NCBI RefSeq assembly: GCF_009914755.1
Contig: NC_060927.1
DNA: 64,000 nucleotides
Reading direction: 5' to 3' (one strand)
DNA from: the human T2T-CHM13v2.0 reference genome, Homo sapiens
Part shown: positions 21,325 to 37,580 of the stretch, piece after piece
Position numbering within the stretch: the first letter of the stretch is position 1
Layout: every line of letters begins with the position of its first letter
Translations under genes and position numbers: made by a program
The notes under the pieces: model-generated
Told to the model about the DNA's origin: nothing
Databases searched by the model: none
Seen by the model: only the letters and a program-made list of their open reading frames with translations

Positions 21325-21570
21325 ATGGCAATAGCTATCCTGTGTTCAGTGGCTAGTATGTATCAAGCACTTCTTACTGTTTTATTTCTTATTATAACTC
21401 TGTGAAGTAGGAAGTGGTATCCCTCACCATGTTATAAGGGAGAAAATTGCAGTGCAGAAAAAGCAAAGAACTTTTCCAATTTCATAGAGCTAGTAGGTGG
21501 CAGAGCTAGACTTGAACCCAAATCCAGCTCAAGTTGAATAAAATGATCTTTCATGTGTATCACACGGCTT
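21325..21570 (-). mobile_element. MIR
   Basis: ataactctgtgaagtagg...gagctagtaggtggcagagctagacttgaaccca. Confidence 0.7.
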
Positions 21571-24500
21571 TCTTCAAATATCACTTTTTGAATGGTTAGT
21601 ATAACATTAATATATATAATCTCACATAAATTTTTTTATTATAAAGGAAATATACCTTCACCAAACAACATTTAGAAATATACAAAATTATATTTAAACA
21701 GCGTCTTTTCATGTATTCATATCTAAGATAGGGTAAAGACTACATTTAATTAGCTGTCATCTTAGAGATGAAAGCATGGAGCTTAAGCCTCCAGTCAGCA
21801 TTGTTTTTGCTCCCCCAAAGTCTAGCTTTCTGTAAAGCTTAAAGATTTAACTCATCAAGTCCTACCTACCTGGTTTAGGTACTCTCTAGTTTCCGGTCTT
21901 GTACCTATTTAATTTGTTCACTTGGGAAGAAAGCAAACACAACAAAAAGAAATCAAGCCCTGACTTTGTACAGTAGCTAATAGAGCATCTTAAATCAACA
22001 CAGCCAATGTAGCTTGTACTGATTCAAGTAATCATTTTCATCTGTAGCATTTCACATAGTCTCTGCTACCAAAACTTCCTGATACTTAGGGAACAATGGA
22101 AGGGCCAGATGTTTATTGGTACAGAGCTCATCTTTAGCTTATGAAAAGAAGATGCACTTTAAGTCTTGTCTCAGACCTCCAGCGTCACACCCCTTCTTTT
22201 CACTACATTAAAGTGGTAGTAGAAAGCATTCCTCGAGACACAATAGAGCAACTTAGCAGCCATCCTGCAGTTGGAGTTGGTATTAGGTTACTTTTTTTTT
22301 TTTTTCATACCATACCAGTTTACAGGAAAGTTGGGACGAGGTCAGGGAAGGTGCGTAATTGTTATCAGCTTTATTGAGGCCACACCTGAATGAAAAGTTT
22401 GGTGCTGAGACAAGATCAAACTTGAGTTTGGAACTTAAAACAGCAAACGTCGCTGTAGAAATGAGACTGCCTCATAGAGTTGTTTTAAAGGGACCAAAGC
22501 CCAGTCTGAACAATTTATTTTGATTTGACTGACATTTTTTGTGGGCTTATGATGTGCAGCTCTTTATACTACCTAGTCCAGGGTGTGCCTTAGAGCCCAG
22601 ACTGGCCACAGCTGACAGCCCCAGCAGTCGGTAGCTCAAGTCCTAGCTACACACACTCTCATGCAATGCTACTTGTTATCACACCGATTCAGATCTAAAA
22701 CAGATCCACTCCTGTTCCCAGAAACAAATTCCGTATAGGAAAAGCTTGAGAGAGCATAATTAACCTATATTCTGTTCTGTCCCCTGCCCCTGGTGATATA
22801 CAGATCTTCCTTAACATTTTGCTCATATTCTAGCTGCTGGCATGCTGGCTGTCTTAATGAAATTCATATCTGGTCTTAGGAACTGTCATTAGATGAAAAT
22901 TATTACTGAGCCTGCAAGCAACTCTCAGATGATTTTGAGAACCTCACAAATTAATTATGTTTAGAGACGCTGCAAGCTACATCGGGTCAATCTGTTTCTT
23001 CTCATTTCAATTGAATTTACCAAACATTCATTGCGTTCCTACTGTGTGCCAAGTACTGTGGTTACAAAAATGAATGGGACGTGGTTTGTGCGCCAAGGAG
23101 TTTTTTGATCTAGCAAGTGATGAATCTCATCATTTTTTCCTTGCTTCTCATAGCCATATTCTACTCTCCTCTTTTTTAGTAAAGGAGTCCTATTTCTTTT
23201 CTTTACACCACATGTGGGTGAATTCTTTTCCTTCTGATGTAGATAAACTCTCCTCCATCCTGCTCCTAACTCTGCGATAGTCTTGCTGATTCTCAGAGCA
23301 ATAGAAGCTTTGGGAGGATTAACATGTACATCTGGATTTGAAAATGAGTCCGTTTGTCATTATCAACTAAGTAGAGGCACAACCTTGGTGTACCATGGAT
23401 TTGTCAGGGGAAAAAATAGTTATGCTGTATTTTCTAAGTTAGGGGAATAACAGTGGTTGTGATTTTAATTCCTCCAAAACATTTGAAAGGAAGGGAGAAA
23501 ATATGTACAAGTCTCCAGTCTTTTATGACTGTCTCCTATTTAGAAAAGTTTGCCAAGTCATCACAGACTATTCACCGGCCTGCCTAAGGACGGCTGTTTA
23601 GAAGTTTTAATTGAAAATTTGGCCTGGATTTTTCAGTTCAGACCTGCAGACGAGAATATACATTTTTAAGGCACAATTCAAAATGAGCAACTTGCAGTGA
23701 AAATAGGCATATTTTCCAGTTTCCTATGACTAATGGCACATGAAGAGAGTCTAGTAATCACATAATTACTTTGCCATTACTAAGAAATCATTTTCAGAGT
23801 CCATGAGATGTGGTTTGCAATAATTTCAGTGGTTCTGCACCAACAACCTAGACTTTGGAGGCCCACATTTGAAGACAAAGGCCCAATTTTCATTGATAGA
23901 GCTGTGGGGAATTCTTCTAACTGAGGAACAAAGCTCAGTTTAACTGATTTTCTTTGTATTTTGTTTAAAATCCAACTCTTGGACTAGGTTCAGGAAAAAA
24001 CTTTTTAGAGGATTTGTAAACTTTTTACAGATCTCAGGCCCTACTCAATTAATATACTTGCCTGATTCCATGCTTAGTTTGAGCATTTGATGGATCATAT
24101 ATCTTTTGATCATAAAATGTTTGCAGCTTGTATTACTTTAAACCATGATATTGGAAAAAATGGGCCACTTTTTAAAAAAAGGATCAGCTAAAGGGAAGTA
24201 AACTGTGAGCAGTATTTATACATTTAAAAATTATTCTTCGGATATTAGAGATTTTAATAAGAGAAACTCAAAGGATCCTATATAATAATTAAATTGAAGA
24301 AAAAAGAGCCTTTATTTTTCTTATTTAGAGTTAACCTTCAGAAGGCTAGCTGCAAGTTGAAAGTTGCTAAAGCTGGGTGATAGTTATTTGAGAGTTTTTA
24401 TTCTATTTTTTATATATGTTTAAACTTTTCTATAATAAAATATTAAACGTGAAGCTTCAGAGAAAGAAAAGACTGATAAAAGTATAAAAGAAAATTAGAA

Positions 24501-24758
24501 AGAGAGGGGAGGAGGAGGAAGGGAGGGAGACAGAGAGGAAGAGAAGGTGAAAGAAGTTAGATTTTGCAATTATGTGGTAAAAAGCCACAGGACCACCATC
24601 TCCGAAGTCACTGAATAATAATCATAGTTAATCATAGCAGCCCTTTACTGAATACTTATAAGAACTAGAACTTTTCTGTGAATTACCACATTTAACCTTC
24701 ATAACCACCCTTTGACAGAAGTAGTGTCAAGATCTGTATTTTTAAAAATGTAAGCACA

Positions 24759-24907
24759 GGCCAAGTACAGTGGCCCACGCCTGTGGTCCCAGCACTTTAG
24801 GAGGTCGAGGCAGGAGGACTGCTTGAACCCAAGAGTTCAAGACCATGAGCAACATGATGAGACCCCCATCTCTACGAAAAAAAAAAGAAAGAAAGACGAA
24901 AGAAGAG

Positions 24908-24968
<61 letters not shown>
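24759..24968 (+). mobile_element. FLAM/Alu left monomer with (GAAA)15 tail
   Basis: Left arm 24759-24875; (GAAA)n at 24909-24968. Confidence 0.88.
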
Positions 24969-24969
<1 letters not shown>

Positions 24970-24982
24970 GAAGAAAGAAGCC

Positions 24983-25406
<424 letters not shown>

Positions 25407-25874
25407 TCAATAAATGGCAGGTTATCTGCACCCAGAGTCCAGATCCCAAAATGCAGTACTACTTTTATAATTGCCTTCTAGAGAGTGAAGAAGCTTGGGT
25501 GGTAAAGAACTCTTCATTTAGAGCTGTGAGGTGCATTTCTGTAAAGCTACCTACCAAAGCAGTGGAAACACTTTGGAGCTAGACTGACCTCACCTTGAAT
25601 CTTGCAGTTTATGGTGGTGTGACGTCGGGCAGGATGGGCATTTCTGGGCCCTAGTTCCCTCATCTGTAAAGCAGAGCACATAGTAGGCATAGGAGCACAT
25701 AGAAGGAAGTCAATAGAGCCTTGCTGTCATTTTTTTCTTGCCTACTCTCCTCATGCCTGGCTCTGTTCCAGTAAGTGCTCATGCTGTTCCAGCTTTTTAT
25801 GATAGAAAGGCCATATCAGATATACTTCAGAATACCTTTTAGCAATGAGAAGAGAGGCTTAAGAACTGAGCTCA

Positions 25875-26045
<171 letters not shown>

Positions 26046-26355
26046 TTACCACCCACACAGAGGTGCTGTTACAATTGCTTATGAGACAACAGTGAATCAC
26101 CTTATTACTACTGAGTCATCCCACCAGTACTGGGACAAAGATGAGCAAAAGCTCATCAGGGCTGGTCCCAGCTTTCCTCAGAAGTCTGGAAGTTCTTTGC
26201 TTTGATTTGAATATTTTCTTATTCTTCCTAAGAGCCAGTGATAGCCTTGGGGACATCGTGGCACAGTCAGGGTTAGCTACCCTGAGCCTAAGTGTGCTTA
26301 GATTTGCTGTTCCAACTGGAAAATAAAAAACAAAAAACAAAAAAACAACCAACAG

Positions 26356-26680
<325 letters not shown>

Positions 26681-27404
26681 TCATCAGTGAAAAATCAGAT
26701 TAGCCACGCAAGTTGTCTCAAAGAAATAACTAATATCATCAAAACACAATAATCCAGTGACCTTCCTTAACAGACCAGACCAAGAAATGTAAAGGTAACT
26801 TAATTTTCTTAAATGTGTCATGCTACATGCTAAATAAATAAGAACATGAAAAAAAAAGAGTATATGGAAACAGAGGATGAAGTTTCTAAGCGCACCATGC
26901 ATGTATCTACAACATCACGAATCTCTTAACTTTTCTTCCTCCACCTTCCGTACCCTCCCTGACCCCTAATTAGGATTATGTGTACTTGCCTATGAGTTCT
27001 CAAATAGCTAATGATACAAGGCTTTTCCTCAAACTCCTCCTTAGAAACATAGAACTCATTGTCATGAAACAAACATTTTCATATACTTTCTTGGGCAGGC
27101 TTTCTTCCCATTTAAAGAAAGCAATATTTACTTTTCAAGTGCTGTGACTAATTTTAGCTGAAAAAATTGGCTTGCTATAACGTGGACATAGCCTGTGGTA
27201 ATAGGCTAAGTATTTAATTCAGCTTTTGCATCATTCCAGGTAAAGAAGCTGGTGTAAGAATTTTTAAATTTAAAGCAGACTTTTTTTTTTTCTATAGGAA
27301 GACTTTCGTATTCATAGTCATTTATATTATAAAATAGCTTCTTATTTACAGCTCCTCTCTCAACATTGACAGGGTAGTAAAAAGAGGCAAAATAAAACAT
27401 TATC

Positions 27405-27564
27405 CGGGAGGCTGAGGTGGAGAATCATTTGAATCCGGGGGGTGGAGGTTGCAGTGAGCCAAGATCACATCACTGCACTCCAGCCTGGGGGACAGAGCAA
27501 GACTCCGTCTCAAAAAACAAAACAAAACAAAAAACAAAACAAAAAACAACAAAAAACAGAAACA
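27405..27564 (+). mobile_element. 5'-truncated Alu (right arm) with TSD
   Basis: TSD aaaacattatc at 27394-27404 and 27565-27575. Confidence 0.9.
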
Positions 27565-29329
27565 AAAACATTATCAGGTAAAAGCACATGGTGTCTCTTG
27601 AATATTATTCGGCAATTTTAAAAGTTTATTCTTTCTGGGAAGAGAGCCTTTAGTCATTTTGCAGAAACCACTCTGGTTTGTAAATTAACTACATAAAACA
27701 TTTTTAATCTTTGCACCTTGATTTAGTAGTTCCTTACTTGATCAAATTCCTTTTAACATCATGGGAGTTAATGTCTGAATAATTATTTTAGACTTGGGCT
27801 CAACACAGATTTCCATATGGGCAAATTCTAGGTAATGGGTGAAAAGTTTTGGTCTTTGTGTGTCAGGTGGAGGAGGAGGAAGTGAAACTTCATAGCTTTA
27901 GAAACTAATACATATTTTATTTCTGTTCTGTGTTCGATGGGATTTATAAATAGAACCAGGGGACTACCTGTGGAGGCCACATGTTGTTATATGGAAAAGT
28001 GAGACTTTGACATGTGCAAAATCCTGAGCATTATCCTGAAAATCTGTGTTCAGAAAAAACAACCCTTTAATCAGCTGCCCTTCCGATACAGGTGGTCTCC
28101 CAGGCAGCTTTTTCTGTGTGAACAAATGAACAAGGAGAGGAATCTGACTGGTCCATTAGTGAATAAGCTGCTTTTGGGGAAAAATGCGAACTGGATTAAG
28201 GCTGGATTTTCTAAGAAAGAGGATAGGATCTAAGACCTGGAGATTGGTATTTGGTTTTTACGCACACAATACCCTTTTAGTGATTCTAGTAGATCTAGAA
28301 AGGAAGTCTGGCCAACTCTCATCCACATGGGAAGAGGACCTAAAACTAGTACTATGGGAGCCTGAGTAGGCTTGAGGGTAAAGGGTTTGGGCAGGGCTGG
28401 CCCAAGGCAAAACTGTGAAGAAGGGAAAGCTTGGTTTCCAGATGAACTCCCAGTCCCAGCCTTACCCCAAGTCCAGGCTCCCAGTAACTTCCAATGGGGG
28501 CACCACAATTGTCCTTTCCTGCTTGAGCCTGGATTGCTTGGTTGGGATCCAGATTATAAAAGATGTAAGAAACAGTAAAACAAGCAACAAAAGCCAACAA
28601 TTTATGTATGTATTTGTGATTATGAAGATAGTAGATGTTAATTACAGAAAATTTGGATATTCAATAAAAAATAAAGAAAATGGGTTACTTTTATCCATCC
28701 CTCAGAGTGAATCTTAGCATTTCTGTACATTCTATTTCTATTATACACAAATACATCACACACATTTTGGGCGGGAGTAGGGATATCACAGTTGACCTTT
28801 AAGATTATTTTTTCTCTCCTACTCATTAACATTTTTCTGTTCTATATTTCATTCCTTTAAGATCTTGTTGAACACTAGAGGAACAGTCAGTTTTGTGGCA
28901 ATGTGACATATGCACAACTATACAATAAATATCATAGTTACTATGGCAAAAATGAGATTGGGGAAACACTCAAAAATACTTTGTCAGTGACACATGAAAT
29001 AAGAGAAAGCTAATAAAAGTGGTAGCACAGTTGTACCCATGTTAAACGGTTAAGCAAGACATAACTTGTACAATAAATATGGCACTATCTCTTGAGAAAA
29101 AGCTATTGTTTACTTATGAAGTGGGCATTGGAAGGGTTGTACCTTGTGAGTTATTGTGCAGTGGTAGAAAGAAGGTTATTTGAAATCAACGGAAAGTCGT
29201 AACACCAGATGTGAATGGATGTAGCTTACTGTCCTCCATTTGGTATTGGCACCAAACATCACGGTTAAGTGATCTTTCAGTCTTCAATCTTGGGACATGT
29301 TTTTCTGTCTTTAAGAGGTAGATCCCTTC

Positions 29330-29645
<316 letters not shown>

Positions 29646-29953
29646 TCAAGCATTTGTTTGGAATAGATATATTTTTCATCAAAATTTAAAATTTGATCCC
29701 ATGAATAGCCTTCTTCTTCAATTAACTTCTGTATGACAACTGAAAATTTTTTTTTTGTAGCTTTCTCATTTGCACTCACAGCTTTTCTGGATAGCTGAAA
29801 GCTTTGGAAATTGTAGGGATGCTTAAAAAGGAGCCAGTACTAGCACTAAAAGGAGCCACTTCTGCAGGATTTGGTGATTTCCATTTAACATCTTTGCATA
29901 TAGATAGTGCTTTCGTTTAAGCATGCACTGCTTGGCATTTTGAACCAGGTTGC

Positions 29954-29998
29954 TTAGACAGGTTTGGGATGTTGAATTAGACAGGTTTGGGTTGTTTA
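29954..29998. repeat. 23-bp tandem duplication
   Basis: ttagacaggtttgggatgttgaa / ttagacaggtttgggttgttta. Confidence 0.8.
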
Positions 29999-30334
29999 CA
30001 TAGAAAAGCTCAGAAGTGCAAAAGAATAGCAAAACTCAATCTTACAGCATGATATATGTGGTATATTAAAGTAGCTGGTAGATGTTTGAGGCGTATGTGC
30101 ACTTTTTTTGTATTTTTATCCATCTTGGTTCAGTTGGGTGCAGTTTTCTAAGTTCATCTAGCATATTTTGCTCGCAAAATCGTGCATAGACAAATATGAA
30201 ATTCAAGTTATGCTCCATTGTTCCCTAATATATCAATTATGTTGGAATACATTTGTGTTTTTCAAAACAAGTATTATTGCAAAGTTCACTGTAGTCTGAT
30301 AATCACATTTATGGTAAGGCATGACCAGGTGGTA

Positions 30335-30675
30335 GAGATGCATAATCCTTTATCTGCAATTTTGAAACCTATAAAGCTCTGAAAACTGGAAGTTTTTTTT
30401 TTTTAACTCAGCTTAGATAAAGCTTGATCCAAAATAGGTTCATTTGTCATCAATCTGGCTTAAACTGATATAAGGCTCTTTTCCTTATTTATGTCACTTA
30501 ATGTGGCTATGTATACACTTGCTCCAGAAATATTATTGCATTTGATAACTAAATGCTAAGACCCCACTATAGGTTTAAGTAATATATGGTATAAACAGCT
30601 TTCTAACATCCCCCAAATTCTGAATTCTGAAACACAAATGGTCCCAAAGGTTTTGGATAAACAACTGTTGATTTG
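30335..30675 (+). mobile_element. MER46C-like TcMar-Tigger MITE
   Basis: aatcctttatctgcaattttgaaacctataaagctctgaaaact...aaattctgaattctgaaacacaaatggtcccaaaggttttggataa; TA on both flanks. Confidence 0.8.
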
Positions 30676-30933
30676 TAATGGACAAAAATGTATGACTCAT
30701 TTTGAGCAGCACATTTACATTTTAACGGGAACCTTCAGCATCCTGTAATATTTATGGGTGACCAATCACAGGAAGACTGTGGGGCCAGTAGCATGGCTGA
30801 CCACTTCTTCCTTTGTTGAAGCTGTCTTCTTTGGCTCCAGAACCCCATATTTCTTCTAGTCCTTCTCTTTCCACTCTAGAACCTTCTTAATAGATTTCAT
30901 TATGTGTTTCTCTTCCTTGTCCATTTCTAAAAT

Positions 30934-31121
30934 CCATGCTTATAAAAGTATGGTCCACAGCACATCTGCATCAGAATCATCCAGGGAATTTGTTCAAAAT
31001 ACAACCTCCTGGGCATTAGCCTGACTTTATAAATTAGAAACTCAGAAACTGGGGCTAGATATATGTATTTTCAACAATTTACTTCATGATTCAGATGTGC
31101 ATCAAAGTTTGGAGTCCACTC
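30934..31121. mobile_element. MER5A/B-like hAT-Charlie MITE
   Basis: aaagtatggtcc...ctgcatcagaatcatccaggg...tgattcagatgtgcatcaaagtttggagtccact. Confidence 0.75.
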
Positions 31122-31819
31122 CTTTTAATAATAGTGTTCTTCAATTTCCCTACCTTTATTCATTTCTGAGTTCCACTTTGGTCTTATACTATCAATGATC
31201 ATATATATGCTGACAACTCCAGTATCTTGCTCCCCACTCCTGGGACTCTTATATGCAACTGCTAACTGGATATTGCTAACCTGGAGGTCCCATGGACTCT
31301 ACAAAATCAGCATATTCAAAACTGGACTATCTTCTCCATACATTTCAATGAATGGAACCACAGCCACCTAGTTTGCCAAGCCAGAAATCTCAGCCTTTCT
31401 TTCATTGTTCTCACTCTCAACTTTGACACCCTATCTCCATTTTTGAAATTTATCTTCAAACTTTTTACTTTTCTTTTTTTTTAACTTTTATTTTCAGTTC
31501 AGGGTACATGCGCAGGTTTGTTATATAGGTAAACTCATGTCATGGGGGTTTGTTATACAGATAATTTCATCACCCAGGTACTAAGCCTAGAAGCCAATGG
31601 TTATTTTTTCTGATCCTCTCTTCCCTCCCACCCCCTACCCACATGTAGGCCCCAGTGTGTGTTGTTCCCCTCTTTCTGGCCATGTGTTCTCATCATTTAG
31701 CTTCTACTTGTTAGGGAGAACATGCAGTATTTGGTTTTCTGATCCTGCATTAGTTTGCTAAGGATAATGGCCTCTAGCTCCATCCATGTTCCTGCAAAAG
31801 ACGTGATCTCATTCTTTTT

Positions 31820-33236
31820 ATTTTTATTTTTTTATTATTATTATTTTTTTAGTATTTATTGATCATTCTTGGGTGTTTCTCGGAGAGGGGGATTTGGCAG
31901 GGTCATAGGACAATAGTAGAGGGAAGGTCAGCAGATAAACATGTGAACAAGGGTCTCTGGTTTTCCTAGGCAGAGGACCCTGCGGCCTTCCGCAGTGTTT
32001 GTGTCCCTGGGTACTTGAGATTAGGGAGTGGTGATGACTCTTAATGAGCATGCTTGCCTTCAAGCATCTGTTTAACAAAGCACATCTTGCCCCGCCCTTA
32101 ATCCATTTAACCCTGAGTTGACACAGCACATGTTTCAGAGAGCACGGGGTTGGGGGTAAGGTTACAGATTAACAGTATCCCAAGGCAGAAGAATTTTTCT
32201 TAGTACAGAACAAAATGGAGTCTCCTATGTCTACTTCTTTCTACACAGACACAGTAACAATCTGATCTCTCTTTCTTTTCCCATTTCCCACTTTTCTATT
32301 CGGCAAAACCGCCATCGTCATCATGGCCCATTCTCAATGAGCTGTTGGGTACACATCACAGACGGGGTGGTGGCTGGGCAGAGAGGCTCCTCAATTCCCA
32401 GACGGGGCGGCCGGGCAGAGGCGCCCCCCACCTCCCGAATGGGGCGGCTGGCCGGGCGGGGGCTGCCCCCCACCTCCTGGACGGGGCAGCTGCCGGGCGG
32501 AGACGCTCCTCACTTCCCAGACGGGGCGGCTGCCGGGCGGAGGGGCTCCTCACTTCTCAGACGGGGCAGCCGGGCAGAGACGCTCCTCACCTTCCAGACA
32601 GGGTCGCGGCCGGGCAGAGGCGCTCCTCACATCCCAGACGGGGCGTCGGGGCAGAGGCGCTCCCCACATCTCAGACGACGGGCGGCCGGGCAGAGACTCT
32701 CCTCACTTCCTAGATGGGATGGCGGCCGGGAAGAGGCTCTCCTCACTTCCCAGACTGGGCGGCAGGGCAGAGGGGCTCCTCACATCCCAGACGGGGTGGC
32801 GGCTGGGCAGAGGCTGCAATCTCCGCACTTTGGGAGGCCAAGGCAGGCGGCTGGGAGGTGGAGGTTGTAGCAAGTCGAGATCACGCCACTGCACTCCAGC
32901 CTGGGCAAGATTGAGCACTGAGTGAGCGAGATTCCGTCTGCAATCCCGGCACCTCGGGAGGCCCAGGCGGGCAGATCACTCACGTTCAGGAGCTGGAGAC
33001 CAGCCCGGCCAACACGTCGAAACCCCGTCTCCACCAAAAAATACAAAAACCAGTCAGGCGTGGCGGCACGCGCCTGCAATCCCAGGCACTCGGCAGGCTG
33101 AGGCAGGAGAATCAGGCAGGGAGGTTGCAGTGAGCCGAGATGGCGGCAGTACAGTCCAGCCTCGGCTGGGCATCAGAGGGAGACCGTGGAAAGTGGGAGA
33201 CGGGAGACGGGAGAGGGAGAGGGAGAGGGAGAGGGA
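31820..33236 (-). mobile_element. Full-length SVA (older SVA_A/B-like)
   Basis: Poly-A and SINE-R 31820-32360, VNTR ~32360-32815, Alu-like ~32815-33185, (CCCTCT)n head to 33236; 15-bp TSD gatctcattcttttt at 31805-31819 and 33237-33251. Confidence 0.96.
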
Positions 33237-33261
33237 GATCTCATTCTTTTTTATGGATTGA

Positions 33262-33589
<328 letters not shown>

Positions 33590-33897
33590 GTACCATATTT
33601 TCTTTATCCAATCTGTCATTAGTGAACATTTAGATTGATTCCATGTCTTTGCTATTGTGAATAGTGCTGCAGTGAACATGAAAGTGCCTGTGTCTTTATG
33701 GTAGAATGATTTATATTCTTATGGGTGTATACCCAGTAATGGGATTGCTGGGTGAAATGACTGTTCTGCTTTTAGCTCTTTGAGGAATTGCCACATTGCT
33801 TTCCTTGATGGTTGAACTAATTTACACTCCCACCAACGGTGTTTAAGAGTTCCCTTTTCTCCACAACCTTGCCAGCATCTGTTGTTTTGACTTTTTA

Positions 33898-34237
<340 letters not shown>

Positions 34238-36559
34238 TTGACTTTTTAATAATAGCCATTCTGACTTTTATGAGATGGTATCTCACTGTGGTTTTGATTT
34301 GCACTTCTCCAATGATCAGTAATATTAAGCATTTTTTCAAGGCTTGTTAGCCATATGTATGTCTTCTTTTGAAAAGTGTCTGTTCATGTCCCCTGCCAAC
34401 TTTTTCTATAGGGTTGTTTTTTTTTCTTGTTTAAATTTACTAAATTTAAACAAGAAATTTAAATTTTTTCTTGTTAAATTTATTTAGGTTCTTTATAGAT
34501 GTTGGATATTAGACCTTTGTCAGATGCATAGTTTGCAAATATTATCTCCCATTCTGTAGGTTGTCTGTTTACTCTGTTGACATTTTCTTTTGTCGTGTAG
34601 AAGCTCTTAAGTTTAATTAGTTCCCATTTGTCAATTTTTTTCCTTTTGTTGCAATTGCTTTTGGTGTCTTTGTCATGAAATCTTTGCCCATTCCTATGTC
34701 CAGAATGGTATTGCCTCAGTTGTCTTCCAGGGTTTTTATAGTTTTGGGGTTTACATTTAAGTATTTAATCCATCTTGTGTTGACTTTTGTACATGGTGTA
34801 AGAAAGGGGTCCAATTTTAATCTTCTGCATATGGCTGGCCAGTCATCCCAGCACCATTTATTTAATCGGTGTCCTTTCCCTATTGCCTGTTTTTGTCAGC
34901 TTTGTCGAAGATCATATAGTTGGAGGTGTGCAGCTTTATTTCTGGGCTCTCTATTGTGTTCCACTGGTCTATGTGTCTGCTTTTGTACCAGCATCATGCT
35001 GTTTTAGTTACTGTAGCCCTGTAGTATAGTTTGAAGTCAGATAGTGTGATGCTTCCAGCTTTGTTCTTTTTGTTTAGGATTGCCTTGGCTCGTCAGGCTG
35101 CTTTTTGGTTTTATATGAATTTTAAAATAGCTTTTTCTAGTTCTGTGAAGAATGTCATTGGTAGTTTGATGGGATTAGCATTCAATCTATAAATTACTTT
35201 GGGCAGTTTGGCGATTTTAATGGCATTGATTCTTTCTATCCATGGGCATGGGATGAGCATGGGATGTTTTTCCATTCATTTGTTTTATCTCTGATTTCTT
35301 TGAGCAGTGTTTTGTAATTCTCATTGTAGCGATCTTTCACCTCCCTGGTTTGCTATATTCCTAGGTATTTTATTTTTTTTGTGGCAATCGTGAATGGGAT
35401 TGCATTCCCGATTTTGGCTCTCGGTTTGGCTGTTGTTGGTGTATACAAATGCTAGTGATTTTTATACATTGATTTTGTATCCTGCAACTTTGCTGAAGTT
35501 GTTTTTCAGCTGGAGGAGCTTTTGGACAAACTTTCTGCTTTTCTCCTTTCCCTAACCTATGCTATCATCACCTCTTGCCTAGACTGCTGTTACAGTGTGA
35601 TCTTCCCATTTCAGACTGTGTTTGTCAAGTCCATCCTCCATAATGGGACCTGATTGACCTTTTCAAAATGCAAATCAGAACATGTCACTATCAAGCTTAA
35701 AAACATTTAAAAGCTTCTATTACACTTGCTAAAACCCAAAATCCTTACTAAGGCCTGCAAGGCCCTGCTTAGCCCTCCAGCCTCATCACTATGGACCCAT
35801 ACCCTGTGACATCCCACCCCCTACTTCCATTTTATATAGGTGTCCCTGCCAAGTGTTCCAGTGGCATCTCCCACTTCTACCCCAGCACTCATCAGACTGT
35901 ATGTAACTACTTGCTTAATTATCCATCTCCTCCATCATCGTACACTCAACTCTATGATAGTAGGACCTTGCTTGTTTTGTTTATTGTCTAGTATTCCCGT
36001 GGAAAGCACTCAATATCTGATGAGTAAATAAATAAATGAGTTACTTCGGCATGTGTGAATGTGTAGGCAGGGGTGGGGTCTTTTATGCTTCTCAAGCAAG
36101 ACCAGTAAGGATGTCTGGCCAATTCAATTTAGTTCAAGACAACTCAGTCTAGCAAACAGTTATTAATGAGTATTTATTATGCACTATTGGGCATGTCACA
36201 AAGTTGGAGAAGACAAGGCCTCTGCCCTGAAAGACGGTTGCCCTAACCTAACCTGTCACTGGCTGGCATCCTGCTGTTCACGAACAGATGGTTCAAAATC
36301 ACAGTGCCACTGATGTGAGGACTTCAGGAACTGCCTGATGCCTTCACTTCCCCCTTGATACCTCATCTGTCCTCACTTCAGGTGTTTGCCCAGATTATGC
36401 CCGAATTTGCCACATTCGTTAGTATGAGAAAAGAACCGCATAATGACAGAATTCTCTAAAGAACATTCCAATTCCCCACTGCTATGTGCCCTTAGCCACT
36501 GGGAAACAAGCAATTTCCACATAAGATTACATTTATAGCAGGAGGTACAGAAAAAGCAG

Positions 36560-36930
36560 GAGTTAGAAAAAAATCTCAATTCTGTCATGTAATAACAGTT
36601 CGACCTCGGGCAAGTCTTGTTTTTTTGTGTATGTTCGTATAAGTAGAGATAACAAAGCCACACCACAGGTTTTTGTGAGTATTAATGCTATTAACAAAAA
36701 ATAATAATGGCTAAGATATATACAATGCTTGCTTTATGCTAAGTATTGTCTAAGAGCCTATCTCGTTTAATTTTCCTAACAGTCTTGTGTGGTAGTTACT
36801 AATATTATCTCTCCTGTTATGAGTAAGGCTGGTGAGGCTTAAGGAACTTTCCCTTAGTTCCTTTTAGTTAAAAAGCAGAGGAACCCGAGTTTTATGTGGG
36901 TGGCTTGGCTACATAGTCTGTGCCCTTAAT
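36560..36930. mobile_element. Two adjacent MIR fragments (+ then -)
   Basis: gacctcgggcaagtc...caggtttttgtgagtattaa, then tctcgtttaattttcctaac...gaggcttaagg. Confidence 0.55.
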
Positions 36931-37151
36931 CATCTTGTTACCGTATGAGGTTGAGGTTAATTGAAGATTTTCATAAAATTTCTATTCTATTATTGGGGAA
37001 AAACAGCAAAATATTTTTTAAAGGGACTTATTTTATTTCACTTTAATTCTCTTGTTTTCCAGGACCTACAAAGGGAGTGTGCTGTAAAAAGTTTTCTTAT
37101 TCTATAGAATAAATGGGTGCTGTTAGAAATAACATGGCATCTTTTATGCTA

Positions 37152-37444
<293 letters not shown>

Positions 37445-37580
37445 AACATCCACTTTTCTAACATGTTCCCACAGCCTTACTTCTGTGGGTCTCAAGCTTT
37501 CTTCGTACAAAAATAGGGTTCCACTGTAATGAAACACATTGGGGGATATGAATATTTGGGTCAAAGTCTATGGCATGTAA

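Noticed and set aside
32360-32815. Repeat-spacer-like pattern (ctcctcacttcccagacgggg) resembling a CRISPR array
   Set aside because: It is the SVA VNTR in primate DNA; units are tandem variants and there are no cas genes
34675-35007. 110-aa ORF
   Set aside because: Antisense frame of degraded L1 ORF2
37063-37090. Strong + strand acceptor (ttctcttgttttccag)
   Set aside because: No good donor nearby; isolated acceptors are common in introns
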